Source of the DNA: Chiloscyllium plagiosum
Taxonomy: Eukaryota
DNA length: 64,000 nucleotides
NCBI RefSeq assembly: GCF_004010195.1
Contig: NC_057711.1
Location: 70,064,944-70,128,943 of the forward strand
Direction of reading: 5' to 3'
The translations under genes were made by a program, and so were the position numbers. How positions within the stretch are numbered: position 1 is the first letter of the stretch; the number at the start of each line of letters is the position of its first letter. This document shows positions 12,545 to 26,125 of this stretch, in pieces. The notes beneath the pieces were generated by a model that saw nothing but the letters and a program-made list of their open reading frames with translations, was not told the origin of the DNA and did no database searches.

Positions 12545-13750
12545 TTGCTCATAAGATCTTAAAGAATAGAAGCAGAATTAGATCATTCATCCATCCTCTG
12601 TCATTTGATAAGATTGTGATCAAACTAATTGTGACTTTACTCCACTATCCTTGCGAACCCCCCTTGCTGGTTTTCTCTGATACACTGATTTCTTCCTTTT
12701 TTAAGTCAGCCTTAGCTAGTATCTAAGATTTTCCCAATCTTCTGGTCTACTAATTTTTCCAGCAGTGAACAAGTTTTCCATACATTTTCTTTAAATTAAG
12801 TCATGGGACGTGGGTGTTGTTGGCTAGACCAGCATTGATTTCTTGTCACTAATTTGATGCCATTCTTAAATTCCTTAGTTAAACATGAATTATGCATCAT
12901 TCTTGAAGAGTCACTCTTTCTCAATGGAATATATGTTTGAAAATTATGAAGTATCTTCTTAAATGTCTACTACAGCTTATCTTGTGTCTTGCCTTATACC
13001 TATTGTCCCATTCCATTTTTGCCAATTCTGCCTTCAAACACTTGTAATTATCTCATCTAAAGTTTAAAACTAATTCTATACATCCTCCCCTTCTTACCCT
13101 TCAAATTGAATGTGAACTTCTATATTGTTACGATCGCACTTTAGTGGAGGACCATTTACTTTGAGGTATTAATTATTCTTGTTGCATGTTTACAACTGCA
13201 TCTAATCATCCAATTTATATATAACTTGATCAAAAAATCTGTTCCCCAGTTGATTTCCAGACAGTTTCTAAGAAACTGTCACACACTCCATATTAACTCA
13301 CTCTGGAGGGTACTTTTGCCACTTTGATTCATTAAATCTTTGTGAAATTTAACATTTCTCATGATTATTGCAGTACCTTTGTTAAAACCCCCCAATATTT
13401 CTTGATTTATACTCTTTTCTGCAGAATAGCTACTATCATGGTACCTATTCTTAACTCCATTTAAACTCATATACTGAATCAAGGTAACTTTTAATTACCG
13501 TATTTTATCATCCTTTATTAACCAAAACTTCTTTAGCTTTCTTATTGTCCTTCTAAGCTGTTAAATACCATTGAATATTCAGGTCCCAGCCATGTTTACT
13601 TTGCAAACATACCTCTGTAATGGCTATCACATCATAAATTTATTTCTACTTGTTATATCAATTTATCTACTTTCTTATGATTGCACTGGCCTTTTAGATA
13701 AAGAGCCTTTAATTCTGGCTTTACCATTTTTCCCTACTCTGATCTTATCT
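12545..13750 (-). mobile_element. Highly degenerate CR1 fragments
   Basis: CR1 3' UTR-like start and endonuclease-like remnant (KGTAIIMRNVKFHKD) on the minus strand. Confidence 0.5.
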
Positions 13751-13779
13751 TTTGGTGGATTCTGTGTGTGTCCTATTCA

Positions 13780-15390
13780 ATATGGGTGGCTGACAACTCT
13801 ATTTTCAAAATGCCTGTGGCAATTGAGGTCTGGGGTTTCCAAAATAATTAAACTTACATCTACGATCGACACGTAATCTGTTTTTACCAAATTTGCAAAA
13901 CAAATTAAACATTGAGAAATCTCAATGAGGTCACAATGGGTACCTCCCAGATTCACTTCATCACTTGTTCTAATAACTTTCATGTTGGATATCAGGCACC
14001 AACATCTCAGGGCAGGCTCCATGGGCACTATCTGCATTCATTCCATGTCCATGGACAATGGCATCCAATATGTTGCAGCCTCCAGGAACTCTTATGGCAC
14101 ATCTCTGATTCACTGAAATGATGCTTCTGCCCTTCAGTTCTGTGTCTCAGAATCAGCTATCATTGTAATGCTTCAGAAGGCTACTGTTCACTCAGGGTCA
14201 GGCACCCAGCTCAAGGATTGGACCAGGTTGCATTTCCATGCTCTTCACTCACTGTCATAGCTCTTACTCATTCTGAAACTACCTGAATACTCACAGCATC
14301 CTTGTCTTGCCTTTGTGCACTTTACCCCCTCAGCCAGAGATATCAGGGTCATATTACTTCTGTCTTGCCATGTCATGTTGTGCTGACATAAAGCCAGGAT
14401 GCTAGGCATAGATGTAGGCCTCAGTCAGGTCTAGGCAGATAATCTTTGCTCAGACAATCCCAGTGCAGTAAGACAAGGGCAGCCTCCATGACCAGTTCAG
14501 GACCTGCTCGGGGCCAGGAGTGTCAAGATTGTCTCCTCATAAGGGATAAGGAGCCGTATTATTGGCAGCCCACCATCCAGACCTACTCTTCCCTACCTTA
14601 ATGTAGAATGCTTTCCTCCCAATATGAGAGAGGGCCAGGTATTACATAAGATGAAAGTAGGTGGCACAGCTATTACTTCTGATGCAGATGGGGACGTGCC
14701 TTAGGCAACTGAGTACACAATGCAAAAGGCATGGCAGGGTTAGTAATGTCACAGTTTGTGGTGGGGGAGGGTGAATGGCAAAAATGCTGTATGCATTGGT
14801 GAGAGTGATGGAGCATGAGCCTTAGTGGGAGATGGGTACAAGAGATAGATTGAGTAATGGGGTATCAGAGTGAAGATGGTGGTAGGGTGTTGGGCATTTC
14901 TGCAGTTGGCTGAGAATGCCTTGCCCAGGTGACAACCTTAAACTGGGCTGGCATGGTTTGGTGATGTGGCCTCCACTGCTATTTCTGGAAGATGGGGAAA
15001 GAAAACTGTGCATCACCCTGTCCAGCAGGAGATCAAGTACTTTGCCTGCAAAACAAACTTCCAATTTCTCCCTGTCTACCATGTCCAGGCAAATATAACC
15101 AATTGTGCAGAGCTGCTCTGGAGTGACAGTGATTTCCTTTTAAAAGACGGTCCTGTGCCAGTGATGCTGGTCAATTCCTGGAGAGTGGTGAGTTGTTTCA
15201 GGGATGGCGGCTGGTGAGGTGGGGCTGAAATCAAACATTATACTCACCACAGGACTAAGAATGGCAATTAATGTGACAACTTTGATTAGTTTCAGTGAGA
15301 AAACTCACTCGGCGTCATAGCAAAAATCATTCCACCAAACTCAAGGCAACTTGCACTTAGCCAAAAACAGGCACAAAAATCAGCCCAAAG
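13780..15390 (-). mobile_element. PIF/Harbinger-type DNA transposon remnant with decayed Myb/SANT-like gene
   Basis: 14880-15082 minus: REKLEVCFAGKVLDLLLDRV followed by frameshifted HQT.PA...VVTWA-like helix; resembles Harbinger Myb/SANT DNA-binding proteins. Confidence 0.45.
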
Positions 15391-15421
15391 TTATTCGGCA
15401 GTTCGGAAAATATCACAGTAA

Positions 15422-16084
15422 CCTGGATTTTGCAGTCAATGGTGCAGTGATGCCACTCACTGCTGATCTCAAAGACAGTTGCACAATAAGATCTGGTGAT
15501 ATCTGTTTTGTAGATTTTCTTTCCCAGTGTCAGTTTAAATCTGATGCCACATCGAAACTATCTCAAAGTGCCAGGAGCAATGATGTTACCAAGCAGGGTA
15601 AGCAGTCAACCATATTAAATTGGCGAACCAGAAAGTCAATGCAGTGAATGTTCCATTGTTAATTATAATTTCACAGAGACTTAAGTAAATCATTGGAACA
15701 TGAGCATGGGGTTTAGTGAAATATCAAAAAAAAGTTTTCAAAATATGCCAACTCTTAAAAATTATAATGTCGAATTTTGACATTTTACAGATATGTAACT
15801 AGTTTGTCAGTGCCAATGTGGTTATTGAATGGAATATGCCATTAAAAACCCAGTTACACCTCGCTCCATAATGTGTAATTTATCAAAGTGCATTTACAGT
15901 GAGACTGGGTTTTGTCAATTGAGTAATTCCTAATTACTTTTATAATGCAGTCTTGGAAAGAATTTACTAATGGTAACCGCTGGGTTTAATTGTGCGTATG
16001 TAAACTCCAGAAGTTGTTGTTAATTTCAGATTAATGATGGTGAAAGCTGACAGTTTTGTTATCACTACTCCTCAAAAATCCAGC
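15422..16084. mobile_element. Non-autonomous DNA transposon (MITE-like)
   Basis: Termini CTGGATTTT...AAAATCCAG are inverted; a related left end occurs at about 44620. Confidence 0.45.
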
Positions 16085-16200
16085 TATTAAGATGCACAAA
16101 CATCAGCATTAATTAAGGATGTCAATTAAAATTCTGTTTGCAAGGATTTATAAATTAGGCAGTTTCTCTGATTATTCCAATCATTTACAAAATTGATTAC

Positions 16201-16270
16201 CTTGAAGCAGCTCAGTGGATCCCAGTAGTAGCTGAAGACAACGTATCCATCTTGCCATTGAATAGACAAT
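16201..16270 (-). pseudogene. Pseudogene B exon (70 bp, phase 2-0)
   Basis: ctttgtttcactgtag| LSIQWQDGYVVFSYYWDPLSCFK |gtaatc; strong splice sites, open. Confidence 0.6.
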
Positions 16271-17189
16271 CTACAGTGAAACAAAGCATGTTGCTTAAAA
16301 CAAAAAAAACTTCAAGGAAACAAGTGGATATTCTAATCATAGGTTTCTATACGAAATCAGATAAATCAATTAATTTATCGAAATGTAATAAACAGAGGAG
16401 AAGGAACTGACAGAGCATTGTGACATCATTGAGAATTGAAATAGATTCTTTTTTGCTAGTTTCATTCTTTGTAATGGGTGCACTGATAAATAATGTGAAA
16501 ATTGCAGACGTTAATAATTCTCTCTATGTCTTATGGTCTCAGTTCTGGATAAAAGTTGGGATATCAGACTTTTTTTAAAAATCCTCAACTTTCCCATCAT
16601 ATCTCCCTACCTGAACTTTTATCATCAGAGACCTCTTACTCTTCGCAACAAAGGTCTATGCCTGTAACACTAAGAAAATGCACCTCATCTACTACATCAC
16701 TTCACCTCTCTCCCACTGAACTCGAGAGCAGTACATCTCAGGGTCTTCATTCAAAGTCAACCATTAGGACCAGTGATGAAATTGATAGAGAGAGGAAACT
16801 AGCACTCACAGAAAAAGTAGGGAGTAACCCTGGACTGAGCTATGGGCCTCTTGCTGAATACTAGAAAATTACATTATCTGACCATCTGACAGGAGGTGAG
16901 CTTGTTGGCAGTGGAGCGCGCTATCTACTAATATATGGCTTGTTTCTATAGCCAGCCTGTTCATTTTACTCCAATAAGCCTATATGTTATACTTTAGTAA
17001 GACATACATAAGAATCACTTTGGCTGACTGATTACATCTCTTAATGCCACTTGTAAATATTTAGTGTCATATATGTTAACAGTTACCATGTAGAATACTT
17101 TCCAGAGATCCTGCTGTCACATTACTTAACTTGTGATAAATTGTATCAGATATTTAAAGAATCTGTGAAAATATAACTTGTCATTTGTT

Positions 17190-17367
17190 TGTTTATATAT
17201 TGACAAGATGATATAGTCCTCGGGTGTCAAAGGTGATGTGAACTGCTACGGTTTTCCTGTCAAAGTGACTAGAATTATTTAAACGGTCTAATGGGATAAG
17301 GATTTAGCACAGTTTGAGGCAGGCAGACTGGCCTCACAGCTGTTACATCATCTGACACAGGAAGTTC
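17190..17367 (-). pseudogene. Pseudogene B probable exon (3' boundary uncertain)
   Basis: ctgtag| GTSCVR*CNSCEASLPASNCAKSLS then, after a frameshift, LDRLNNSSHFDRKTVAVHITFDTRGLYHLVNI. Confidence 0.4.
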
Positions 17368-17834
17368 CTACAGTAATTAATTTGAGAGTTTTTCAGGAAT
17401 GTATTGTACTATTTTGTAACATTACTTGACCAGAAGCGGTTGTAGACCAGATCAATTCAGCATTTTGGACTGAGTTTTATCTTCAGTTTTCTCACTGATC
17501 AAAAACAAATTTTGCTACATGTATTGAACTGATAATGTTTGCAAGGATAGAGTGTCAGTCCTTTGATGTGCGTCATAGCTGCATGGATTCTATCTTTAAT
17601 TGTGTTCAAACATATTTATATTCCATACCGTAGTCAAAATCAGAAATCTTGGCTAATTCTCCTCCTCAATTTGAGTAATATTTTTGGTTAACTTAGGTTC
17701 TTACATGATGAACCATTATGATGTTTTACCCCTCCCTGTAAATTTTCTCACTTCCTCCTCCCCTGAAGAGATTGTAACTTAATTTTGATGTGGATGTAAA
17801 GATATCATTATAGGAACAACTGTACGCTTTAAAC

Positions 17835-18002
17835 CTTGCCCTTTTTTCAGTAGAAATGCAAATTGGATTGGCTGTGGAATGGAAATCTGATCACTTCCAC
17901 CAGCTTTATATGCCTCACCTCCAAAGATGGAAGTTGCCATTGTCGAGTCATGGTTGGATTTGTTCTTTGGCTTTTGTGCCATTGTTTATATGTGCATGTC
18001 AC
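17835..18002 (-). pseudogene. Pseudogene B exon (phase 1 start)
   Basis: ttctctaaactag| SDMHI*TMAQKPKNKSNHDSTMATSIFGGEAYKAGGSDQISIPQPIQFAFLLKKGQ; donor weak (AAG|gtttaa or GG|gcaagg). Confidence 0.55.
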
Positions 18003-19059
18003 CTAGTTTAGAGAACATGAGGAGCAGTACAGATAAACCCACTTTTTAAAACCAACATTTGTAGTTTAGCAAGAATTTTTGAATAGCAATTAGAAATATG
18101 AACACAGCATTTTTTTTGATCCTACCTTGGCACTGAGGGTAATTGTAATGCACCTACTGTTACCCGGAGATCAGTTAATTTATTTCAGACAAGGATTGAA
18201 CCAGGGCTGTTCTTTATCTTTATGGAACAGCTACTTACTACCTCAGTCACTGAATCATTGTGTAAATAATACAGTTGCTATTCAGACTGGAAAGTATTTA
18301 CAGAGATGACAAGGAATTAAACTAAAAGCTTGAAAGAATCAAGAAAAAAAAATCGGAATTTGACCCAGTTGACTAGGAAAAATGCAAGCCACTCTTTTGA
18401 CAGGTGAGTCCACCAAATCTTCTGCCTTGAATGTGATGGTGAACAGAGTTTTGGCAGGAAGGTAAAGTTAAGCTTTATTCAATACATATTAAGGACTTAA
18501 TTAGGAACTGTTTAATGAACCGAGTATTTTGTTATTTGTTATTCTATCCTCTCTCTATGTTTTTATTATATATTAGCAGTTATTTTCAAAGTTGCAGTTG
18601 AAGTAATCAATATAAACAAAGGTGTGATTTTTATGGAATGTCTGGCATATGTAAGCTGATATGTTTTTAGAATTACTGAATAATTTATATCAGAGACATA
18701 GATGGTGCCTTCCCGAAATGTTGTGATAAGCTAATGTTCTGCATTGGTCAGAATAAACATACATTAAAAAAAAATCATGAATTGTTGTCAGGTAGTAACT
18801 TTCTACTAGAAACAGCTGTTCTTAGACCAAAGTCCACAGCAATGATGATGATAACATCAACGATGCCATGTCGTTTGTAATTCACTCAACCATGTGACTA
18901 TAATGTTCATTATTACAGTGATAAAGAGAATGGAGGATTTTGTGAAGGCAGTGCTGCTGATAACCCTCCAGTGATTTGAGGTGTCTGCTGTACTTGGTCC
19001 TTTTTTTGATGTATGCAGGAGGTTGGGATTACTACCTAGATGCAAGAAGAGTAGGCAGC

Positions 19060-21140
19060 AGAAAACAGGAAACAATATACCAGTTAGCTTGACTTCTATA
19101 GTGGAGAAAGTGCGAGAATTGATTACTAAAGAGTTTATGCAGTGCACCGAAAGAAACTCAAGGTATCGAGGAAGAGTCAGCATGGTTATGTGATCGGGAA
19201 ATCCTGTTTAACTTTGAAGGACTCACTTGTTCATTGGATAAAGGGAAGTCTGTAGATGTTCTATACGTGGATTTCCAGAAGGCATTTGACAAGATGATAC
19301 ATAAAAGGCTATTGCAAAAAAAAAGAAAGCTTATTGTATGCAGACATTTAACATGAATTGAAAATTGGTTGACTGGCACAAAACAGAGAGTATACATAAA
19401 TGTTTTTTTGTCTGATTGATAGACAGGATGTGACAAGTGGATTCCGAGAGATTTTGTGTTGGTCCCCCAGCTTTTTCCAATTTACATCCACGAATTAGAT
19501 GGAGGGAGTAAAGGCATGGTGGCTAAGTTTGCAGATGACACAAAGATATGTCTGAAAATATGTTGTGAAGACGACATAAGGAGTTTGTGGATGAAGACAG
19601 ATAGGTTGAGTGCTTGGGCAAAAATCTGGCAGGTGAAATATATTGTGAGATAATGTGGAAGTTGTTCGCTTTAACATTCAAAGGTATTACCATTATTGAA
19701 TCCCTCCCTATCAACATTCTGGGGGTTATCATTAACCAGAAACTCAACTAGACTGGCCAGATAAATATAGAGGCTACAAGAGCAAGCCAGAGGCTTGGAA
19801 TAATGTGGTGAGTAACTCACCTCCTGACTCTTCCATCTAAGGTCATACAGAAGTAGGATGGAATAATCCCCACTTTGCCTGAAAGCATGCAGCTCAAAAC
19901 AACACACAGACTTAACACCATGCAGGACAAAACATTCTGCTTGACTCACACCATGTCCACAAGCATCCGCACCACCCACCAACAATGCTGAGTAGCAAGT
20001 GTGTACTATCTTCAATATGTACTGCAGAAATTCAACAAAGATCCTTAGACAGCATCTTCCAAACCCACAATCACCTCCTTCTAGTGGACATGGACAGCAG
20101 ATACATAGGGACATCTCCACCTGTAAATTCCCGCTGAAGACTCTGACCACCCTAACTTGGAAATTATCTCTGTTCCTTCACTATTGCTTGGTCAAACACC
20201 TGGAATTCCTTCCCTAAGAATTATGCATTTACGTTCAGCGCATGGACTGCAGCAGTTCAAGAGTGCAGCACACCACCATCTTCTCAAGGGCAATTAGAGA
20301 CGTCTAATAAATGCTGGCCAGCCAGCAACATCCATGTCACACAAGTAAATTAAAAAAAACCTTTGGCAGGAAGAATGAGAATATAGTGTACAAGTATTAC
20401 ATAAATTGAGAATGATTGTGAATTTCTGAGGTGGAAGGTTTTTGATAAGGTAATGCCATAAATCACAAAAGGTTATTACGCCGATACGTCATGCAGTGGA
20501 GAAGACTGATGCGATTTAAACCTTTGTGATAAGAAGAATGAAACATATATGCAAGAATGTTTTGCTACAGTCACACAAGGCAGTGGTGTGACCACATCTT
20601 GAATATTGTGTGACATTTTCATCTCCTTATTTTAGACATGAAGTAAATGCATTAGAAGTGCTTCCAATGAGGTTTTTTAGGTTGATACCATGAATTAGCT
20701 GGTTTGCTTAAAGAATAGGTTGGACAGACTGGGCTTGATTCAACTGGAACTTAGAAGAATAAGTGATACTTGGTCGAAATGTATAAGATCCTGAGTGGTC
20801 TTAACAAGGTGGATGTGTTTTTGTCATTTGCTCTTGTGGGTGAATCCAAATGTGAACGTTATTTTAATATTAAGGGCCATCCTTTTACTAAGGAGATGAG
20901 GAGAATTTATTTTCTTTCAGAGGGTTGTGAAACCTTAGAGCTGTTTGCCTCAGAAGCTGGTGGATGCTGGGTTGTTGAATATTTTTTAAAGTAGATGTAG
21001 GTAGATTGTTGTTAGGCAGGGGCATCAGAGATTATAGGGGATGGATGGGAATGTGGAATTTGAAACAGATTAGTTCTGATATCATTGAATGGTGGAGAAT
21101 CTACAAGGGACCGAACATTAAACTTCTGTGCTACATTTTA
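19060..21140 (+). mobile_element. Degenerate CR1 LINE interrupted by a second LINE 3' fragment (19670-20355)
   Basis: PVSLTSIVEK, YVDFQKAFDK and AKFADDTKI motifs; the inserted copy ends AATAAATGCTGGCCAGCC...; CR1 resumes at about 20360. Confidence 0.85.
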
Positions 21141-21432
21141 TGTAAACAAGGTTGCGACAAGTGAGATTTTGAAGTGTTGCTTCCTATTTCTTTGAGACAT
21201 AGGATTTTAGCAGAGCTAGAATACCAACCTACCCCTTCTTAATGGACACACATAAGTCACTATGAAATCCATAGCAAAATGATTTGGTTTTTGCCTGGTC
21301 TAGTCTGTGTTCTTGAATCAATGGAAAATAAATGTAATCTCTGCCCAAATTCACAAACAAACTTACAAAAAAACCCCTTACACATATTGTCTGGGTCGAC
21401 TTGTCCATTTCATAGCATTTCTTGGTACTCAC

Positions 21433-21584
21433 TGGTAGCTACATTAATTGGAGCCAAGTAAATCTTGAATGGTTCTCATGGATTACCTGGGGAATTTGTC
21501 TCAGATAAGTTTCTTCTGCTCCATTCCAAAATTTCATGAAATGAAATGGTACCAGGCAAACCCTCATTCTTCTGTTATCTGACA
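21433..21584 (-). pseudogene. Pseudogene B exon (152 bp, phase 2-1)
   Basis: ctattcttttcag| VR*QKNEGLPGTISFHEILEWSRRNLSETNSPGNP*EPFKIYLAPINVAT |gtgagt. Confidence 0.7.
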
Positions 21585-21808
21585 CTGAAAAGAATAGCAG
21601 AAGATCTTTTAACTTACTGAAAGTAGGACTCAAATTTCAGTGTGGTTTCAGTGGTTAGCTATCTTTCTGCAGAACAACTCCACACTTTAACCCAGGGTAT
21701 ACAAGCATATGACAAGCGTATTAAGAATATGTTTGAGTTTGGCACTTCCAAGCTTGACCCTTAAAGTTGACTGCAAACAGTTCAATCAAAAATATCAGGA
21801 TGACTCAC

Positions 21809-21895
21809 ATGGTACAGTTTCTGTCAAAATGAATATGTCCCTCATCCCTGCAACCACCCAGTCACAGATGTAAAATATCACAGGGATTTGTACAA
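21809..21895 (-). pseudogene. Pseudogene B exon (87 bp, phase 2-2)
   Basis: tactttttag| CTNPCDILHL*LGGCRDEGHIHFDRNCT |gtgagt. Confidence 0.7.
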
Positions 21896-22947
21896 CTAAA
21901 AAGTACTTAATTGAAATTATTGGAAAGGTGACTGTTGTCCATGTAGATCACATGATCCCAATGAGAGATGAACATAAACATGACCACAATACATTTGATC
22001 ACAAGCTTATGTTAGAGTGTGAAGCAGTTCAGGTCTTACTGGCTGAAGTATCAGTTTCTGAAAAAAGTCTCACTTGAGTACTAGTCAGAAACCAAGCAGT
22101 CCAAACCTACACCAGAAGATCAGATCTGCCTCATAAAATACTTACTAACCTTGATTTGTTATAGATATAGTTAAAAGAAAGAAAACCTCTTTAGTAATCA
22201 AGCCAAGTGTATATATATTCACAAAGATTTGTTTATTTACCTTTCATTGTTGAAATTGTACAGTTAGTGAAACAGGAAATAGTTGATTAAAAAGTCCTTT
22301 AAAAGGAGAGACCGTGTAATGTGTTCATATGTTATGAGTACATGTTGTGCACAATGAAATTATTAACATGTTTTGGCCGTTTAAAAACCTGGCTTTCGTT
22401 ACAAGCACCTCTCAATGTGTAACAATGCCAATATGGAGTACTTAGTCAAACTGATCAGCAATATTAATGCACAGACATTATTTACTGGTGAAGTTGTTAA
22501 CTGGCAACAGGATTACCTGAATTAAGTTCTGTCCAAACAGCATGTTTTGAATTTTAATGTTTTCACAGAATAAAAAGGAAGGGGATGTAATGTGGTGGTG
22601 GGTGGGTTGGAGAGGGGAGTTTGAATTATTGCCAGTGATAACTGACCTCTCTTGGGCATTACCCTATTGTCACTGGCATCAATCCCAGTCTAAAGCTGTT
22701 GTTACAGTAATAGGGAGCTCTCCCTGTCACACATGTGACATAGACTCATATTTAAGAAGTGCCATAAGCTTTTCTTCACAAAAACTTTTATTTTCTACAT
22801 TAGTTGATGCAGACAAGATCTAAATCAAGATGTCAAATTGTTTAAAGTTTGATTTAAAACAATGTAATATTTAATACTTTATAATGAGATCTTTGTATAT
22901 GCAAGATGAACCTCTGCATAAAAGTAATGGATTTTATGCTAAATTAC

Positions 22948-23292
22948 CTTGCATTTTCTGATGGTTTTGGGATGTTATATAGAAAGGAATGGGAGATAAA
23001 ATCCACCACTTCAAAACCACTAATCAAAAATAACACCAGATTTATCCCTTCAAAGGTTTGCCAGCCCCTTTTAAGACTCATTAGGAGACAGTGTCATATT
23101 CAAGCTGAAAATCCCTCAGGCCCATTTTCTCCTATTTGTAGATTATATCAGGAGATTACCACTACGCTATTCAGGCATACTGTGCAATCCCTTTCTTTTC
23201 CAATAGATCCAAGAATTAAACAGACACAGTGCTTACATGGGTACATGGAACAGTTAACATGTTCCATGAGTCCATGACGCACTCATTGTCCC
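22948..23292 (-). pseudogene. Pseudogene B exon (345 bp, phase 2-2; acceptor AG apparently mutated to AT)
   Basis: tcttttcctcttccttatat| GQ*VRHGLMEHVNCSMYPCKHCVCLILGSIGKERDCTVCLNSVVVIS*YNLQIGENGPEGFSA*I*HCLLMSLKRGWQTFEGINLVLFLISGFEVVDFISHSFLYNIPKPSENA |gtaatt; all four stops are TGA. Confidence 0.65.
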
Positions 23293-23419
23293 ATATAAGG
23301 AAGAGGAAAAGATTTTCCTCTATTAATGTGTATATGTGGTAACAATATGATCGCACAAACTTATGTTCAGTATCCGCAATGATTGCAACACATAGCATAA
23401 CATCTCCATAAAAATTAAA

Positions 23420-23758
23420 TTCCTCCACTACTGATGATCAGTGATAGAAGTGCGTGCAAACTACAACATGCTCAACAGGAATTTATCAAGGCTCGTTAGA
23501 AAGCACCTTCCAAACCCACAAAGTTTCCTCCAAGCCACTTATCACCCTGACTTGGAAATATATCACTGTTCTTTCAGTGTCACTGGGTCAAAATCCTAGA
23601 ATTCCATCCCTAATGGCATTGTGGATCAACCTACAGCACATGGACTGCAGCTGTTTGAGAAGGCAGCTCACCATTACCTTCTCAAGGGCAATGAAGGATG
23701 GACATTAAATGCTGCTCTGCCAGTGATGCCCACATCCTATGAATGAACAAAAAAAAAT
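23420..23758 (+). mobile_element. LINE 3' end fragment
   Basis: Same 3' UTR as 19.7-20.35 kb (CAGCACCTTCCAAACCC...CTTCTCAAGGGCAA...CCCACATCC). Confidence 0.75.
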
Positions 23759-24209
23759 TCCAGAGCCATTTCCAGATAGTTGGTAGGTGATTGAAGTAAC
23801 CCCTTTGCAGTCATAATTTATGCACGTATAACGAGATTTGAACACACAAATGATCCAAAAAATTGTGAGGTAAGGATTTTTTAGATCCACCGGCACCAGG
23901 TAATTATAACATGAAGGGACATTAAGGATAAACAAGGAACTATTAAACTATGTGCTTAGAATGACTGTATTAGTCACATTGGACTGAAGCTTTCCTTTGC
24001 GTGAATCCTTTACCTTCCCTTCAGCTTTTCTTCTTGAATGACACTTACTTTGTTCTGCAAGAGTGCATTCAACTGCTGTTGCTGCTTTCCCTCACTGTCG
24101 CCACCTGTTGGTGGAGGTCCCAGCGAACTGCCCAAATCCCTTGAGTTAGTGCTCTCCAGCACTGTTGCCTTCTGTTGCTGGAGGTCCCACTACTCAAATG
24201 TCAATAAGA

Positions 24210-24850
24210 CATTGAGGGCAGAATTTAATAGCTGCCGTATTGGGCCTGTTGACTGGCTGGTGAGCCAGTGACAACCCTGTTGTAGCCATTCAGCATATGT
24301 GACCTAATCTACCACCAACCAGGCACTTAACTGAGTGGTGATACAATGCTGTCTGATACACAAGAAGATAGTGCAAGAGGTGGATGAGGAGAGAGATCCT
24401 TTATTCACTGGGTACCAGGATGCCCTCCAGACATACTTTACCAAAGTATTGGGAGCAGATAGTCTTTGCTATCAATGCAAGCACTTTATCTCCAAGAATG
24501 CATTGCAAGAAGGATTTTAATGACCTTATACAAATGGACAAGTTCAGTACATTCACCAGCAAATACCACATCCTTACAATCGAACCATTACTGTACTCCC
24601 ACAGATTGCTCCATTCACCATAACTACTTTATTCACTGATAAACATCTCTATCAACCAGAATTCATTCCTAGTACCCATAATTCTACCTCACTTTCACAC
24701 ACTTCATACTGCAGCAAGTCTCACATCTCACAGCTTACGTATATTACTGCTACTCAGCCATATCATTTCACTCACTGACACACTTCCTTCTCTCTTGGAA
24801 GACAAGGTGGTATCTAACTAAAAGCAGCAGCATCTAACAAAAGCAAAACA
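24210..24850 (+). mobile_element. Harbinger-type remnant with Myb/SANT-like ORF
   Basis: ORF 24384: RREILY...PSRHTLPKYWEQIVFAINA...HCKKDFNDL, matching the W...A.VN...QC.KKFNDL signature of Myb/SANT-like domains. Confidence 0.6.
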
Positions 24851-25014
24851 AAGGTACACTTAAGTGAGTGCACAGAAGTGGTTAGTTGACTTTTGTATGA
24901 AATATTTGATGGTTTGTTGGATAAACTTAGTTTGGAAACTTAGTTTTGATGTGTGTTTGAATATTCTATCCAAAAGAGTCTGCAGTATTCAGTAACAGGG
25001 AGTTGTAGGTTTGG

Positions 25015-26125
25015 TCATAGAGTCATACAACATGGAGACCCTTTGATCCAATTCATCCATGCTGACCAGGTTTCCCAAACTAAACTAGTCCCATTTGCCT
25101 GTGTTTGGCCCATATCCCTCTGAATCTTTCCATATTCATGTACCTGTCAAAATGTCTTTTAAATGTTGTAAATGTACCAACATTTACCACTTCCTCTGGC
25201 TGTTCATTCCATATACGAACCACCTTCGGTCTGAAAATGTTGCTCCTCAGGTCTCTTAAATCTTTCACCACTCACTTTAAAATTATGCCCTCTAGTTTTG
25301 AACTCCCCTACGCTAGGGAAAACATCTTTACTAATCAGCTTATCTAAGTCCCTCATGTCTATAAGGGACTTTACAAACGTCTATAAGGTCACCCTTCAAC
25401 CTCCTATACTCCAGAGAAAATGTCCCAACCTATCAAGCTTCTCCTTATAACTCAAACCTTCCAGCCCTGGTAATATCCTTGTAAATCTTTTCTGCATTCT
25501 TTCCAATTTAATAATATCCTTCTTATAGTGAAGTGACTAGAACTGTGCAGAGTACTCCAAAAGTGGCCGCACCAATGTCCCATATAGTTGCAACATGATG
25601 TCCCAACTCCTGTACTCAATGCTCTGACTTCACCACTCACTTTAAAATTATGCCCTCTAGTTTTGAACTCCCCTATGCTAGGGAAAACATCTTTACTAAT
25701 CAGCTTATCTAAGTCCCTCATGTCAATAAGGGACTTTACAAACATCTATAAGGTCACCCTTCAACCTCCTATACTCCAGAGAAAATGTCCCAACCTATCA
25801 AGCTTCTCCTTATAACTCAAACCTTCCAGCCCTGGTAAATCCTTGTAAATCTTTTCTGCATTCTTTCCAATTTAATAATATCCTTCCTATAGTGAAGTGA
25901 CTAGAACTGTGCAGAGTACTCCAAAAGTGGCCGCACCAATGTCCCATATAGTTGCAACATGATGTCCCAACTCCTGTACTCAATGCTCTGACCAATGAAG
26001 GCAAGTATACCAAACACCTTCTTCACCACTCTGTCTACATGTGATGTCACTTTCAAGGAACGATGTACCTGCACCCTAGGTCTCTGTTTGAGAATACTCC
26101 CCAGGGCCGTCCCATTAACTGAATG
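25015..26125 (-). mobile_element. CR1/HER1 LINE 3' portion with ~365-bp internal tandem duplication
   Basis: LVRPLLEYSAQF and TRGHNFKV motifs; about 25264-25628 duplicated at about 25629-25992. Confidence 0.9.

Noticed and set aside
22906..23277. 123-aa plus-strand ORF (likewise 44110-44415)
   Set aside because: Both overlap minus-strand pseudo-exons and are best explained as antisense shadows.
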